The position numbers and the translations under genes were made by a program. From NCBI GenBank assembly GCA_001938485.1, contig MQRK01232615.1, positions 1 through 64,000 of the forward strand: a stretch of 64,000 bases of DNA, in the 5' to 3' direction. Positions 25,093 through 37,794 of the stretch are shown here, piece by piece; positions within the stretch are counted from its first letter, which is position 1, and each line of letters starts with the position of its first letter. The notes beneath the pieces were generated by a model. It saw only the letters and a list, made by a program, of their open reading frames with translations, was not told the DNA's origin and ran no database searches. The DNA comes from Girardia tigrina (taxonomy: Eukaryota).

Positions 25093-25800
25093 GTAGGCCT
25101 CCCATCTCTTTCGAATGATAATGAGTCTCTTGGGTCTTTAGATGGTTGACTTTAACTAAAAAGTCACTAGCAGCCACATAATAGACCTCATATCGGGTCG
25201 CATAGTTTCGGTCTCCGAGATATTTTTGCCTTCTCTGAAAGAAACGACAACCCATGGTTTGTATATTCATGGTTCTTCATACCTTTGACTGTATTTGTGG
25301 ATACCGTACAGCTGCAAAAGGGACATCTGAACTCTCCCCTTGCAGTGATATCTGCAAACATAAAGGTTAGTTGTGTTTCTTTAGTACATATCGCTTCCTC
25401 CATCGCCGTCGAGATGTTGAAGGGTCCGTCACGGATCGAATCTGGTTACCTGGAATATTAAGTTTTCTTTGACTCTTTCTTCTGTGTTACTTATTGTAAT
25501 GGTTTGCACTGGTGTCATTGTCGGTTCTTCAATTTTTTCCGTTTCCTCCAATTTATGATGCTGCTTGAGGTGCCTGGTAAGCCACGCCTTCGTTTTATAT
25601 GACTTTTATACAGGGTACATGAGAATGGTAATTTTTGTTGTTGTATCTCGTTAAGTTGATCAGGGTAAGCGGTAGCGGACATCACATGGTCCCTTTTGAT
25701 GTGTCTGTTCAGCTCCTTTACGACAGACTCCTTGTAGCATCTTTCTGCTGGGCATTGGTGAAGTTTCCCTCTATCGTTGATCAGCTTCGGCACAGTTGCA
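25093..25800 (-). mobile_element. 5'-truncated, divergent copy of the zinc-finger RTE LINE (3' end)
   Basis: CPAERCYKE...ELNRHIKRDH and CPFCSCTVSTNTVKGMKNHEYTNH are homologous to 51551-52195; shares the 3' terminal motif TTCGAAAGAGATGGGAGGCC. Confidence 0.85.
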
Positions 25801-26776
25801 TATAACATACATATATATATACTAAATATAACAATTTCTATTAATTTAGAATTATTTTGATGTTTTTATTCCAATATTATTTTTTTAAAAGCCATTTATC
25901 TTAAATATAATTTTAGATCTTTAAAATATTTGAATGGTACATCTACTGTTAAAATTCTTATCATCAATTGTGAAATAATTTCGGATCACAAATCATTGAA
26001 ATGGCACATTGACTATTATGCAATTAATCTTTTTTTATTTTCAATAATAAAAAATTTTCATATTATTGGATAATTCACTTTGAAAATTTAGACATGCTTT
26101 TAAATGCTTTATTAATAATGCCTCCGTGACCATCCTCTCATTATATGTGTCAAAATTTGCTTCAAGACTGTAAACATATGTAAATATATATAATTTGTTA
26201 AACTTTTTTTAATTACAGAATAATCTTATTAACAGATTCGTTCTCAGCATAAAGAAGTTCATATGAAATATTTTGAAACTTCTGGAAGTTGAAAAAAGTA
26301 TACACTTTTATAAATATATTCTGGAAGTTGAATATAATCTCTGGTATAAATGATGTTTATGCACTTTTATTATATCCTTCAAATGATAATATATAATTTC
26401 TAAAGAAATTTTTAACAAAGTGACACAATATTCGTTGATTTCAGAATTTTTTTTCTTATTTTTGATTGTCTCTGGTAAACAAGAGTTGTCAAAAACGATA
26501 TTTATAATCTCATTCGTTTCCGATCATTTTGTTTTCAAACATTTATATTCGGTAATTTAATCTCAAATATATGAGACAGTTCTTATTTCTTATTTTTTAA
26601 TTTTAAACATAGGAGATTGAAAATCTAAAATTATAATTTCCTAAGAATCAACGACTTTATCCAGCTGAACAGACTGACTTATATGCACATTGTATTCTCA
26701 TCATATTCAAATGAGGATCGTGTCGGATTAACTATTAATCAAGATTAAGTAAATAAGACAAATATTTAATACCCAC

Positions 26777-29345
26777 TGTAGTTTATCGAATATACAGAAA
26801 ACGAACCGACAGCTAAAGAAATATTTATAAATTCAAATTAGATATTTTTTCATTACTATTAAGACAAATACTAATTTTATCCTTCTTTAATTTATCGTCA
26901 TTTACTCTCACATTCCCCCTTGACCTTAAGGCACATACGCACAAGCCGATCGTGTACAGAGGAGCTCATTGTGTCGATGGGTTCTGCATCACTACACACA
27001 CGAAGTCTTTAAAAGCGGGCTGGTTGAACATACTAATCTTCGGGGCTGCCGTTCTGCTTCGTCTTCCGATCGTCCCTGACCGCTCTCTGAATCGGCTTCC
27101 GTCTCTTCCTTCGAACACACGTCGTTTTCTCCTGAAATATCTCTGTCGTTACTCATAATCGGCTGCTCGTGGTTCCCTTTCGATTCATTAGGCCCTCCAT
27201 TGGCAGACGTCGTTCGTGATGTCCTATATTCTGGTCACTGGGTCCTCGCTCTCCAACAGTTTCTCTAGCTTCCACCACGTGCAAATCTAGAGGCTCGTCC
27301 CATCCGGCGCAACTGGCTGCTCTCTTGAGGAAAGTACACGCTGGTCTCATCCAGCCGCCAACCGGGAAATGGCCCACTAGTTGACCGACTGAGGAAAAAA
27401 GTTTCCGCCGCGTCAACTGCTCTTATAGTAATGGGATTTTGCCGTCTCTGAACCACCGTAGTTCACCTGTAGATTCCCACACTGCGAGCTCGAGTACCCT
27501 TCCCATTGATTTTCATTGGTTTTAAAACAGCAACTACTTAATCCGCGGACATTTTGCTGGCGTCGACTATAACATCGTCGTAATACGAATCAGTGGCTGC
27601 TGCCACTCTTTTCTCAGATCCGAGCACGTGGTTCATTATGAATTTTATTATTTTCTGTGCCATGTTAAACCCAAAACCCAGTTGCGTCAAATATCATTAT
27701 TGACCTGAGATTTTGATCATCTAATATGGTCACAGACTCTGATTAACTTTTATTTAGAGGTACGCATGCCTCTGGTCTATTTTTGCCAGCGAATTTCACA
27801 TTGGCGCCACTTGTGTAACTTCTATGCGCAGATCAGTCTCTCCGCAGTGTAACTCGACACAAACTATTTTACCGCCCGGTAGTTCAGACTCTTTGGCAGC
27901 CTGCACAACCACAAAGAGTAGCAATACCGCTTTTGTTCGCTGTTGAAACGGATGAATCATCCCTCACTCTTTCACTCAGCTAGCTCCGGACTCACTTCCT
28001 CTTCAAATTGTCTTGCAGACGCATATTCAGCGACCCCGCTTATGAGTTCCGATGGTGTCTTATGGTATTTCCATTTCCACGCCGTGAACCATGATTCGCC
28101 ATCGAACCTAGCTAAAAAATCCGCGTCCTCCGACTGCGCTGATGCTCGGTGAAACCGAATCTCAGGGTCTTACCCCCTCCTGGCACTCACACTCCACCGA
28201 GCTGCTCTATGGCGTCCATTCCAAGTAGTACCTCGGTTCTTGACTCTATGACCTCCGGCACCATCAGTGCGTTGCAATTGATTCGTCTTCCACCGTAATC
28301 AATCGTTTTTGCTGTTCTAAATCTCATGCTCACCACCTTAAATTTCATCATCTGCATTGTTTCCTTCATCCGAGTGAGTTTAGATTTTAGGTTCTCCGTC
28401 TCTTCAACAATTATGGTTGAACATCCCGTGTCGATGATGGACCTCAACCCCTAATGCCCACGTTTGCTGGAAGCATTATTATTCGCGTGTCACTGAGTCT
28501 AAGCCCTCCACTCGCGCAGCAGTGAGTATGACCATCGTTTNNNNNNNNNNNNNNNNNNNNNNNNNNNNNNNNNNNNNNNNNNNNNNNNNNNNNNNNNNNN
28601 NNNNNNNNNNNNNNNNNNNNNNNNNNNNNNNNNNNNNNNNNNNNNNNNNNNNNNNNNNNNNNNNNNNNNNNNNNNNNNNNNNNNNNNNNNNNNNNNNNNN
28701 NNNNNNNNNNNNNNNNCCTGCCGGTACCGGTTGTTCCCTCAGCTGCACTACAACCACGATGATATCAGTAACTCAATGTGCCATATTAACGTGTATTTGG
28801 GCCTGTGGACCAGTCAATTCAGGTCTTGTGCTTTTCCCAGCAGCTTGGCTTCCACGCTCTTCATGGCCACCTCGGAAAGCCCGTTTATAAACGCTTGAGC
28901 TATAAATGCTTCTCCGCCGCTGGCAACCCAGCTAATTACTGTGGTCATCCTCTAAACGTCTACCATAAAATAGTCCATGCTCTCGTCAATCTCAAGGCGA
29001 CGCAAGGCGAAACACGGTCACAACAATCTCGGACTCGGCGTAAATGCCTATGTGAGTGCCTCTCCTGATAGAGCCAGTGGCATCATTGTCTGTTTATTTT
29101 CACAAAGCGTCTCTGTGCATCCGCAGAATTGATTGATCCATATGGTCACAATCTCGCGTCCGTCGAATGCAGGAACTATTTTTAATGTTTTCATGTGACC
29201 GCGATAGCTTGTAATTGATCGAATATCCATAAAACGAATCGACAGCTAAAGAAATATTTATTAATTCAAATTCGACACGTTTTCACTATTATTGAAACAA
29301 AAACTAATTTTATCGTTCATTAATTTATCGTCATTTACTTTCACA
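26777..29345 (-). mobile_element. Internally deleted Ty3/Gypsy element with 136-bp LTRs
   Basis: LTRs 26777-26912 and 29210-29345 (TG...CA); TSD ccac/ctac; PPT aagggggaa; gag (PAFDG..V..W), PR (IIDTGCS), RT (YYDDVIV), LVGHFPVGGW; integrase apparently missing; N gap inside. Confidence 0.9.
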
Positions 29346-30036
29346 CTACTATAATTTGATAGAGTCAGAGTCTTTCATTTTGATTTTTTTTACTTGCAAG
29401 GTTTCTACCTTTATTTATTTTATGAAAACCTAATTGAAATCATTTTCTAAATCCAATTAAAGTTTAGTTAAATTTCTTTCCAAAATAATCTTTTTAAAGT
29501 TTAATTAAATTTAAAGAAATGTAATAATATGTAATATATTTAACAAAATGTTTGTTTGTTGGTTTGTCGGTTACGCTCAAATTTTACTATGATCAAATTG
29601 AAAAATGGCGGAAGAACCGAAGCAAAGTCACCTAAGCACTTTTTCAATCTGGATAGCCTGCATTGAAATGGTTCTGTCAGTGCAGTGCCTTCACCGAAAG
29701 ACGCTGAGAAACCGACGAAATCGACAGCAGACTGTGCTGGTCAACCGACTGCTAAATGAACACTGAATTCGAATAATGTCTATTCGGATGATTCCTACAA
29801 GGAATTCCGTGATATTCTTTATGAAAAACTAATAACACATTATATTAATTGATAAATGACGATTTATAACACTTATTTGCCATTTATATTGATAAAAATC
29901 AATTTAGTTTAAATTTTCAAAATTTTATTATTAATAATAATATCAGCATTTCATTCATAATTTTTATTTTTAAAAAATGTGATTAATTTCGACGGATCAC
30001 CCGTCATCATCAGACAAAACAAATAATGGTCAAAAT

Positions 30037-30039
<3 letters not shown>

Positions 30040-30071
<32 letters not shown>
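30040..30071. repeat. (AT)n microsatellite running into an assembly gap
   Basis: Directly visible. Confidence 0.95.
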
Positions 30072-30646
30072 NNNNNNNNNNNNNNNNNNNNNNNNNNNNN
30101 NNNNNNNNNNNNNNNNNNNNNNNNNNNNNNNNNNNNNNNNNNNNNNNNNNNNNNNNNNNNNNNNNNNNNNNNNNNNNNNNNNNNNNNNNNNNNNNNNNNN
30201 NNNNNNNNNNNNNNNNNNNNNNNNNNNNNNNNNNNNNNNNNNNNNNNNNNNNNNNNNNNNNNNNNNNNNNNNNNNNNNNNNNNNNNNNNNNNNNNNNNNN
30301 NNNNNNNNNNNNNNNNNNNNNNNNNNNNNNNNNNNNNNNNNNNNNNNNNNNNNNNNNNNNNNNNNNNNNNNNNNNNNNNNNNNNNNNNNNNNNNNNNNNN
30401 NNNNNNNNNNNNNNNNNNNNNNNNNNNNNNNNNNNNNNNNNNNNNNNNNNNNNNNNNNNTAACATTGAAAATTCCAAATGTTCACTTTATAAACTAATTG
30501 ATTATTCTATCGGATTTCATTATTTGCTATTATTTCATTTAAGCAATGTCTTCAAGATTGGAAATGCCGGATCGATTATTGTTGGTGCAATTGTATTATC
30601 AAAACAATCGGTGCCCTTCTGAAATATGACAGTAATGGTTATGTAA

Positions 30647-31085
30647 TCAAATTATGCATTCGCTTTTATAATTCAATACTTTTAATAAATTGGTTGAGAT
30701 TGTCGCTTGAATATTTAGTTTAGGATTGTGGGTCCTGATTAATAAAGCTTCACATGCAACTCTCTCCCAATAATTTCCAAAATTTGAACACAGAACTTTA
30801 AAATTATTTATCTCAAAACTACTTTTACATTTCTTTCTATGTTCAGCAATATTACTATTGCCATAAGTTCGACCGTGTTCTCTGATTCGTTTGCAGAGAT
30901 GATGAGAAGTCTCTCCATTGTATGTGGCATCACACCCATTACAAGAATATTGATAAACTAAATCCGAACACAGGCAAAACGGAGTAACAGATTTATTGCT
31001 AAACATACTTTCAACTTTGTATGTTTGAGAAACATTCTTATTGTTTTGAAGTGTATGTAAAAAATTAGGAATGAATACAACTCGA
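30647..31085 (-). mobile_element. Penelope-like element GIY-YIG endonuclease fragment
   Basis: LVYQYSCNGCDATYNGETSHHLCKRIREH...IAEH...F..L...R...EALLI...P.LN. Confidence 0.9.
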
Positions 31086-31429
31086 TTTAGAATGCTTTGC
31101 TTTCAAAACGCGGACATGTGCGAGAAGAGACTTCAGTTATATCAAGTGAATTAAAACATTTATAAAATTGGTGCTTGACTCGTGGAAAATATCTGGACAG
31201 AGGACAAAACAGTACTTTCCTCCTGCATCCCAGATGACAGAAGATAGTCAAAAGAATAGAAACACACAAGAGAAGTGAGATCTCGTAAATTACGGTGGTG
31301 TAAGGTAATGATGACCATTTTATGGATTCGTATAGCGTTGTTCACCTTTATTTAGCTGACAAAGTCACAAAAGTTAATTTCAAATACTAAAGAAGAAGCC
31401 CGTAAGAATAGACAAAAGCCCTAAGGTAA

Positions 31430-31810
31430 TACATTTTTTTACTCTATGAAAATGCAACCATGAACAAATCCACTGTGGCCCAGGCAGCAGTTCAGCGAAA
31501 ATACTTCAAGGAGCTTTCTCATTTTCCGTACAGCCCGGATCTTGCTTAGAGCGATTGCTTTCTGTTATGTCACATGAATATGCTTATTAAAAGAAAACTG
31601 TTTGATGACTTATTCCTAAGGGAAAAGCTCCCTGACGTAAAAAGTATCTTCTTCGACCTAGCAAGACAGTGGAATATGTGCATTGAAAATGATAGAGACA
31701 ACGTGGAAAAGCAACTTATTCCCATAACCCTTATGACATGCCTAAGAAATACACTCATTTGGGATTTTCTTACTCACTTATTAAGGGGGAAGTCTATCTA
31801 TTTTTTGACG
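31430..31810 (+). mobile_element. Mariner transposase C-terminal remnant
   Basis: ELSHFPYSPDLA*SDCFL...LARQWNMCIENDRDNVEK. Confidence 0.75.
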
Positions 31811-32920
31811 TAACTACGTATAACACGATCCTGAGATCAGGTTGAGTTGATCCACTTAAAATTGTTTATTAATTTTATATATTAAAAGCATAATTATATT
31901 TCTTATTAATATAAAAAAAATATTGATTTTTATTTTAATATTTTATTCTAATATTATTTACGAAAGATGAATCTCGTTTCCCGCCCACTGGTCAAAAGTG
32001 TCTCACTTTATACATCACATTAATTTATGTTAATTAGAATCAGATATTTAATTAGGAAATAATGAATAAAACAGAATTATAATTTGTAATTATTTCAGCT
32101 CCCTAAATATACAGATAACTTCATGAGGATCAACAGGAGTCGTGGGTAAAAAATTCAATGAATTATAGACCCATCATTGACCCATCCTCGAAGAAAGTGA
32201 GGGACAGCAGGAAATTGGAACAATCTGAAATCATGATGTCGAAAAACAGAACAGCTGGTTAAGAGGATCAGGCGATATTTTGGGGGGAAATTTATAATAT
32301 AATTATATTTATTTTATTTTTCCTATGGTTATTCACTTAATTTGTGTTTTTAATTTTGTAAAGAATTTGATGGGAGAAGATAAAAGTTCAGAGTTGTTCA
32401 GTGAAGATTAACTTGTCAAATAGAATATGTCTCCATAATAAGACGCGGTAATCCGAGTGAGATTAATGCGGCACGCGACAAGGACTTGTCTAGATTGACA
32501 GTTTTATATGATGTCTGGAATGTTTACGACGTAGAGGATTATTGGTATCTATTTGTGAATATTGTTTATCTGTGGACAGCAGACCAAGTCATTCATGTCC
32601 TTGTGTCGTTGAAACTTCATTATTTGATTATTTGTTTATAAAATGATTAATGACAGTGGTACGTGATTTGCAATTCATTATCTAAATGACGTAAAGATGT
32701 AGTGCGAATTTTGTAATCATTGTTACATAATTATGACAAAATTCGAATGAACTCCAAAAAATTGATGAATATATAATAAACCTGTCATAAGTAACCCTTA
32801 AAGGGACTAAAACTTAATTCGTTGATAAAGATATGTGATGTGTTCAATTTGTACCCGATCTGACAAGGAAAAAATGTTTTAAAATCTGACAAATTTTACT
32901 AGAATACCTATATCTATCTA

Positions 32921-33170
32921 TTAGGTTGAGGAATAAGTTCCGCCGTTTTTTTGAATTTTTAATCAATTTTTAGTCAATCAATTTTAATCAATTTTTGAGT
33001 CAAGACCGGGCGATTTCTACAAAAGAGGCATTGAAAAACTCGTTGAACGTTGGGAAGAAGTCGAGAACAATGGCCGAGATTATATTAGTAATTAATTTGT
33101 AGTAACTTTATTGTTAAAAAATAAAATTTTAATTTTTCAAAAATCGGCGGGAATTTATTCTTCAACCCAA
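32921..33170 (+). mobile_element. Mariner internal-deletion derivative (MITE), TA-flanked
   Basis: TIRs ttaggttgaggaataagttccgccg / cggcgggaatttattcttcaacccaa; internal DFYKRGIEKLVERWEEVENNGRDYI. Confidence 0.9.
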
Positions 33171-36027
33171 TAGACTTAAATATTGGTTTTCCTCTATATC
33201 ATCAATCTGCACTAAATATATTTGAGTGAAAATTTGAATTTCTGCCTGAGTCACATTTACGGAGGTCTACATACATTATGCATCATTAAATTTTGAGTTT
33301 TACAAAGGAAAACATGAGCCAAAATGTTTGGTTTTCTTCAAATTTACAATTTTTTATTTTAATCACTTAAAGTTGAGAATTTTTTGTAAAATCACCTACT
33401 CCTGTAATTCTCTGCTCTAATATTGAGCACTGGAAAACTTGAAAGTGTCACTTGAGTATTGTGAGGAATATTTTAAATTGTATGAATGTGTGAATGTTGT
33501 ATGTTGATTTAAGTATGTTGAAATTAAAATGGTGATTCTCGCACCCAGATGGAAATTGGTATTTTTTGTATATTTACAATGATTGGCTATTCGAACATAA
33601 TTAAAATAATAATTTGATAAGGTTATATTTTTTAAATTAATAATTAAAATTAGGTTTAATAATTTAAAAAAAATAAAAATAAAAGCATTTAATTAGATTT
33701 AAATAAAATTTATTTTTAACAATTTTATAAAGTTTTTACTATTCTGAGTTTTTATTTAGAAATGGTTAAAATTATTATTTTTAATTAAAATTTTTATGAA
33801 GTAAATATTTTAAAAAGAATTAGAAAAAATTGTTCGAATAATCATGATTAAAAATAGAAATTAAAAACCAATTAGAGCGATTTCCAACAGTGAAGATCTT
33901 GCGAGAGTTGCAATGACTCCAAATGTGATACTAAAAATGATGCTAATAAAAATTGTCTTAATTTTCTTAAAAGTATAAATAATTTTAAAATTCTGTGAAA
34001 GTCGTTTAAAAATTATTGGAAGAGAATATCTATGAAGCATTATTAAAAAGACTTCATCCAATAAGACTTTATCCAATAAGCAATGTTCAAACGGAACTCT
34101 TAACTACTTTGTTTCGATTAATAGACGATATAATTTTTTATGTCACAGAAATATTTTGTAAAAAGCACATAGTCAACAATATAATAAAGACCTCAAAAAT
34201 GTAATATTTTACCCTAAAATATATTTTAATATTGCGTTGTTCTACGTATGTATGTAAAAAATGTTATTGTAAATTAAATTTCTTCATAATTTCAAGTATA
34301 ATTAATAAAATTAGCAGTGTTTATAAATCAAAAAATAAATATTGATAATCAGAGTAAATTTCTCCACTTATAATACAAATCCAAAATGTCATGTAAATAA
34401 ATTCATTCACACCAAAGATATTTATAAGCCAGGGTGGATGAGGCAACGAATTTCATTCTGTATGATGAAGTAACCGAATCAATCACTTCTTTTGTTATAA
34501 GTTATAAACCAGATCTTTTGTCTTTTGCATATTTTTTTCATTACTAGCTTGAAGGGAGGCAAAGTCATTTGGCTATTTTCCTTTTGTTTGGATTACACAA
34601 ATTTAGATGTTTAACTATAAATTTAATTGTTCAGTTTTTGGACTGACTAATCTGAAAGTTCTGATCAATGAAATTCTTTAAATTCTATTCTTTCATGGTA
34701 TCATAACTCCTTAAACAGGATTTATTAAAATTTTACAAGAACAAGTTACGATTATTTAATCCCAGAATCACACGCCCTCCGAATCACAAGGCACAAAAAC
34801 ATACACAGTTCGAGCAAGAGGGCAAACAGTTTTTAAAGTACGAAAGAGGGCTCACGCACATTATCGTCTTTAAATTTTACTGGTCGGCGCACTTCTTGAA
34901 AAGGCCGTCATCCAGACTACTCATTAGCGGAGACATTTGCATTTTCCTGTTATGTTTCCTTTAAAATGTCTCTGTCGATGATAACTACTCTTGCTAAAAT
35001 GCCATCTTCCATTTGGTCTTCTTCTGGGTTTAATCATACTGTCGATGTCAAGGGCGCTCGGCTCATGACTAATGCGATACCGTATTCTGTTAACTTCTAT
35101 CTACCACAGTAATTAAAATCCTGTTGATGTTGACCGTTTTAACTGAATCGTAATTATATGAAGGAGTAGGATTTAATAACTTTTTGTCTAAAATTATCAA
35201 ATTTTCATTTCTCAATTTCTGTTGACACTGAGGCTTCATATAAATGAAATCATTTAGCAACAGTAATCTTTGCTTTTGAGAAAACATAGTCGATGCTGAG
35301 ATTATCCCTTCTGCATTCAGAGTCGCATTGTACCAAGCAATCATTTCACGGAACTGTCCGCCTCTCCTTGTTACCATTCTTTCGATTTCGATGTGACATC
35401 GTTCGACGATGCGGTTTCAACTCAGTCGGTTTACTCATCTAAAACTTCCTTCAATTCAGAAACGTTGAAGAAGCTTTTTCAACCTACTTCCTCTAAAAGT
35501 ACTATAACTGTCCAGTAACATTTTTTCAGGCGGTCCAAACTAATTGATAATACCAGCCATAGCTGCGCAAACAACTGATTCATTTTCTGATGTAGTCTGT
35601 ACCGCAGTTCATTACTGTGAGGAGTTTGGGTGCACCCATATGAGTTGTATCCACTGTCACTTGCTTTTATGTCAATTTCATCCGTGTCACATGATACCAA
35701 AGCTTGTTGCTGGACGAGAACCGATCGCATCTATTCACCACTGACTTATCTGCTCTTGTCTACACTTTCACTTATTTCAAATGATACTATTGCTGCTACT
35801 GTCACAGAATTCTTGGTCGTCTTCCACCAATTTACTGGTAAGTAAATCCATTTTATTCTTCTCTAAACAGACGATATATATAGTATGTGAGAGATATAAT
35901 AAATAGCTTAATGATAATTTATAAATAAAGTAAATAAATTAAATGATAAATAATAATTGTTCAAGAATACTTTTAATAAAACTCTCTATTTAGAATTTAC
36001 AATTTATATAGATTAAAATATGTCATC

Positions 36028-36212
36028 AAAGGTAGCTGGAGCCGCTGCAATTCTAAAACGCATTCTTTTAAAACAATATTGACCATTCTTTGTTGAAAAA
36101 GCAGTTTTAATCTTTGAATCTTCTTCTAATTCAACCTGATAATATGCATTTCCAGATCGATTGTACTAAAATATTTTGCTCCATTCAACGTGTTTAACAT
36201 GTCATCAACCTG
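36028..36212 (-). mobile_element. Gypsy RT fragment (same family as the RT at 21164-21778)
   Basis: LNGAKYFSTIDL.NAYYQVELEEDSKIKTAFSTKNGQYCFKRM.F.IAAAPATF. Confidence 0.85.
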
Positions 36213-36595
36213 TATCATCAACATGTCATCATCAAACATATCATCATCATCCATATATCACCTGAGTCTATAGTTTCTGTAGTGAACACAATTTTCAAAT
36301 TAAAATTGTGTAAACGAAAAATAATTAATAAAACGTTAATTTTTGTAAATTTTCTCCTTTTTAAATTTTAATTTTTTTACAGTTAATCTTCTTTTATTTT
36401 TTCGGTCGTCGTCAAAACCTTTAAATTGAAATTAATCAAGCACAAAAATTGAATAATTAATTTTCAATCAATTTTTGTAAAAAATTAATCTTGTTTGAAT
36501 AATCGTTTTTTAATACAAAATAAAATTTCGGCTCATGTTTCTCATTACAATTTGTTTATCGGCAAACTGTACGTGCAGTCGCTGCCACGATAAAA

Positions 36596-36610
36596 TGGTG
36601 TCAGAAGCGG
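36596..36610 (+). promoter_or_regulatory. Gypsy-type primer-binding site, tRNA-Leu type (TGGTGTCAGAAGCGG)
   Basis: Matches the common TGGTGTCAGAAGTGG PBS and is followed by a GC-richer leader. Confidence 0.6.
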
Positions 36611-36836
36611 TGCCGCGCCAAACTCAGCAACGCGCGGCAAATCATTCCGATCACTCCGCCTGCCCATCGAATTCAACCAATCAATACCCGATCCGTCGCT
36701 CGTTTCCGGGGATATCGTTGTCAATCCAATGTTATCACACATCATGCTCAGCGATTCACAGATTCCGCCTCCGTTCCGGAACAGTCAGAGCTTTTTTCAT
36801 AACGAAGTCGACTCCAAGACGCGTTGAAGTCACGAG

Positions 36837-37392
36837 CACGGACCAAGAAGTTTTATATGATCGCGAGTCAAAGAGCTATACGAAACCCCACGGCGAAATT
36901 AATGTAAAGGTTCATTTCGGTGAGCTGTGATGTGACCTTGTCCGGTTTTCCCAGACGAGTGCAACATCAACCCGTCTGAAGGTGTTCGCATCTGGGCGGA
37001 GTTTGAGCGATCGTGTAAAGACCCGAAAGATGGTGAACTATGCTTGTGCAGGTTGAAGTCAGAGGAAACTCTGATGGAGGACCGCCGCGGTTCTGACGTG
37101 CAAATCGATCGTCGGACATGAGTATAGGGGCGAAAGATTAATCGAACAATCTAGTAGCTGGTTCCTTCCGAAGTTTCCCTCGGGATAGCTAGCGTTTATG
37201 ATTCCGTAGTTGAACCTGGTAAAGCGAATGATTAGAAGTATTGGGGGCGAAATGCTCTCAACTTATTCTCAAACTTTAAATGGGTTCGAAGTGCGCCTCT
37301 CTTTAATATTTTTGTTGGAGGTGTACATCGAATACAAATGCCTAGTGGGCCATTTTTGGTAAGCAGAACTGGCAATGTGGGATGAACCAAAC
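36837..37392 (+). rRNA. 28S (LSU) rRNA fragment, dispersed pseudogene (~556 bp)
   Basis: Conserved LSU blocks CACGGACCAAG, GACCCGAAAGATGGTGAACTATGC, TCTGACGTGCAAATCGATCG, CTAGTAGCTGGTTCC, GTGGGCCATTTTTGGTAAGCAGAACTGGC, GGGATGAACC; flanks are non-rDNA. Confidence 0.95.
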
Positions 37393-37794
37393 ATGCAACG
37401 TGGCTTTTTGATAAGAATGGTAACAGTTCCGTGAGATGATTGCTTGGTACAATGCGACTCTCTTTGTCGACTCACTCTGTCAGTCGACCGCGTAAGCCCG
37501 ATTTTTTTAGATTTTTTGATTTCGACGATCACCACCCGTAAGGGGAATGTTTTTGAATTTTTGTTATTTTATCACATGATTTCATCTTATTTTGCGATTT
37601 AAAATTTATTTTTTGAACCATACAATACATTTTTTTTCTTTTTTAAATATTGATATAAATGTGATTAAACGCGCACATTCGACAAGGGGGTCCAATTCCA
37701 AAACTCTATCCCCAATACTAACAGGAACAACGCAGGATCCACCCGCCACAGTTCATTTATTACTCTGTTACTTCAGGGGCCAACGCACAACTCC

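Noticed and set aside
30010-30622. Long ORFs of X residues (also 28479-28890, 53347-53795, 59803-60096)
   Set aside because: Artefacts of N gaps and (AT)n
33861-34204. Short ORFs on both strands
   Set aside because: Probably PLE RT debris (FRLIDDI); too degraded to call
34700-35880. Coding-like minus-strand region, possibly gag or LTR debris (its start resembles 41073-41137)
   Set aside because: No diagnostic motif could be read with confidence
36837-37392. Functional rDNA unit or R2-type site-specific insertion
   Set aside because: Only a fragment with non-rDNA flanks; adjacent elements are LTR-type and the R2 target region is not included
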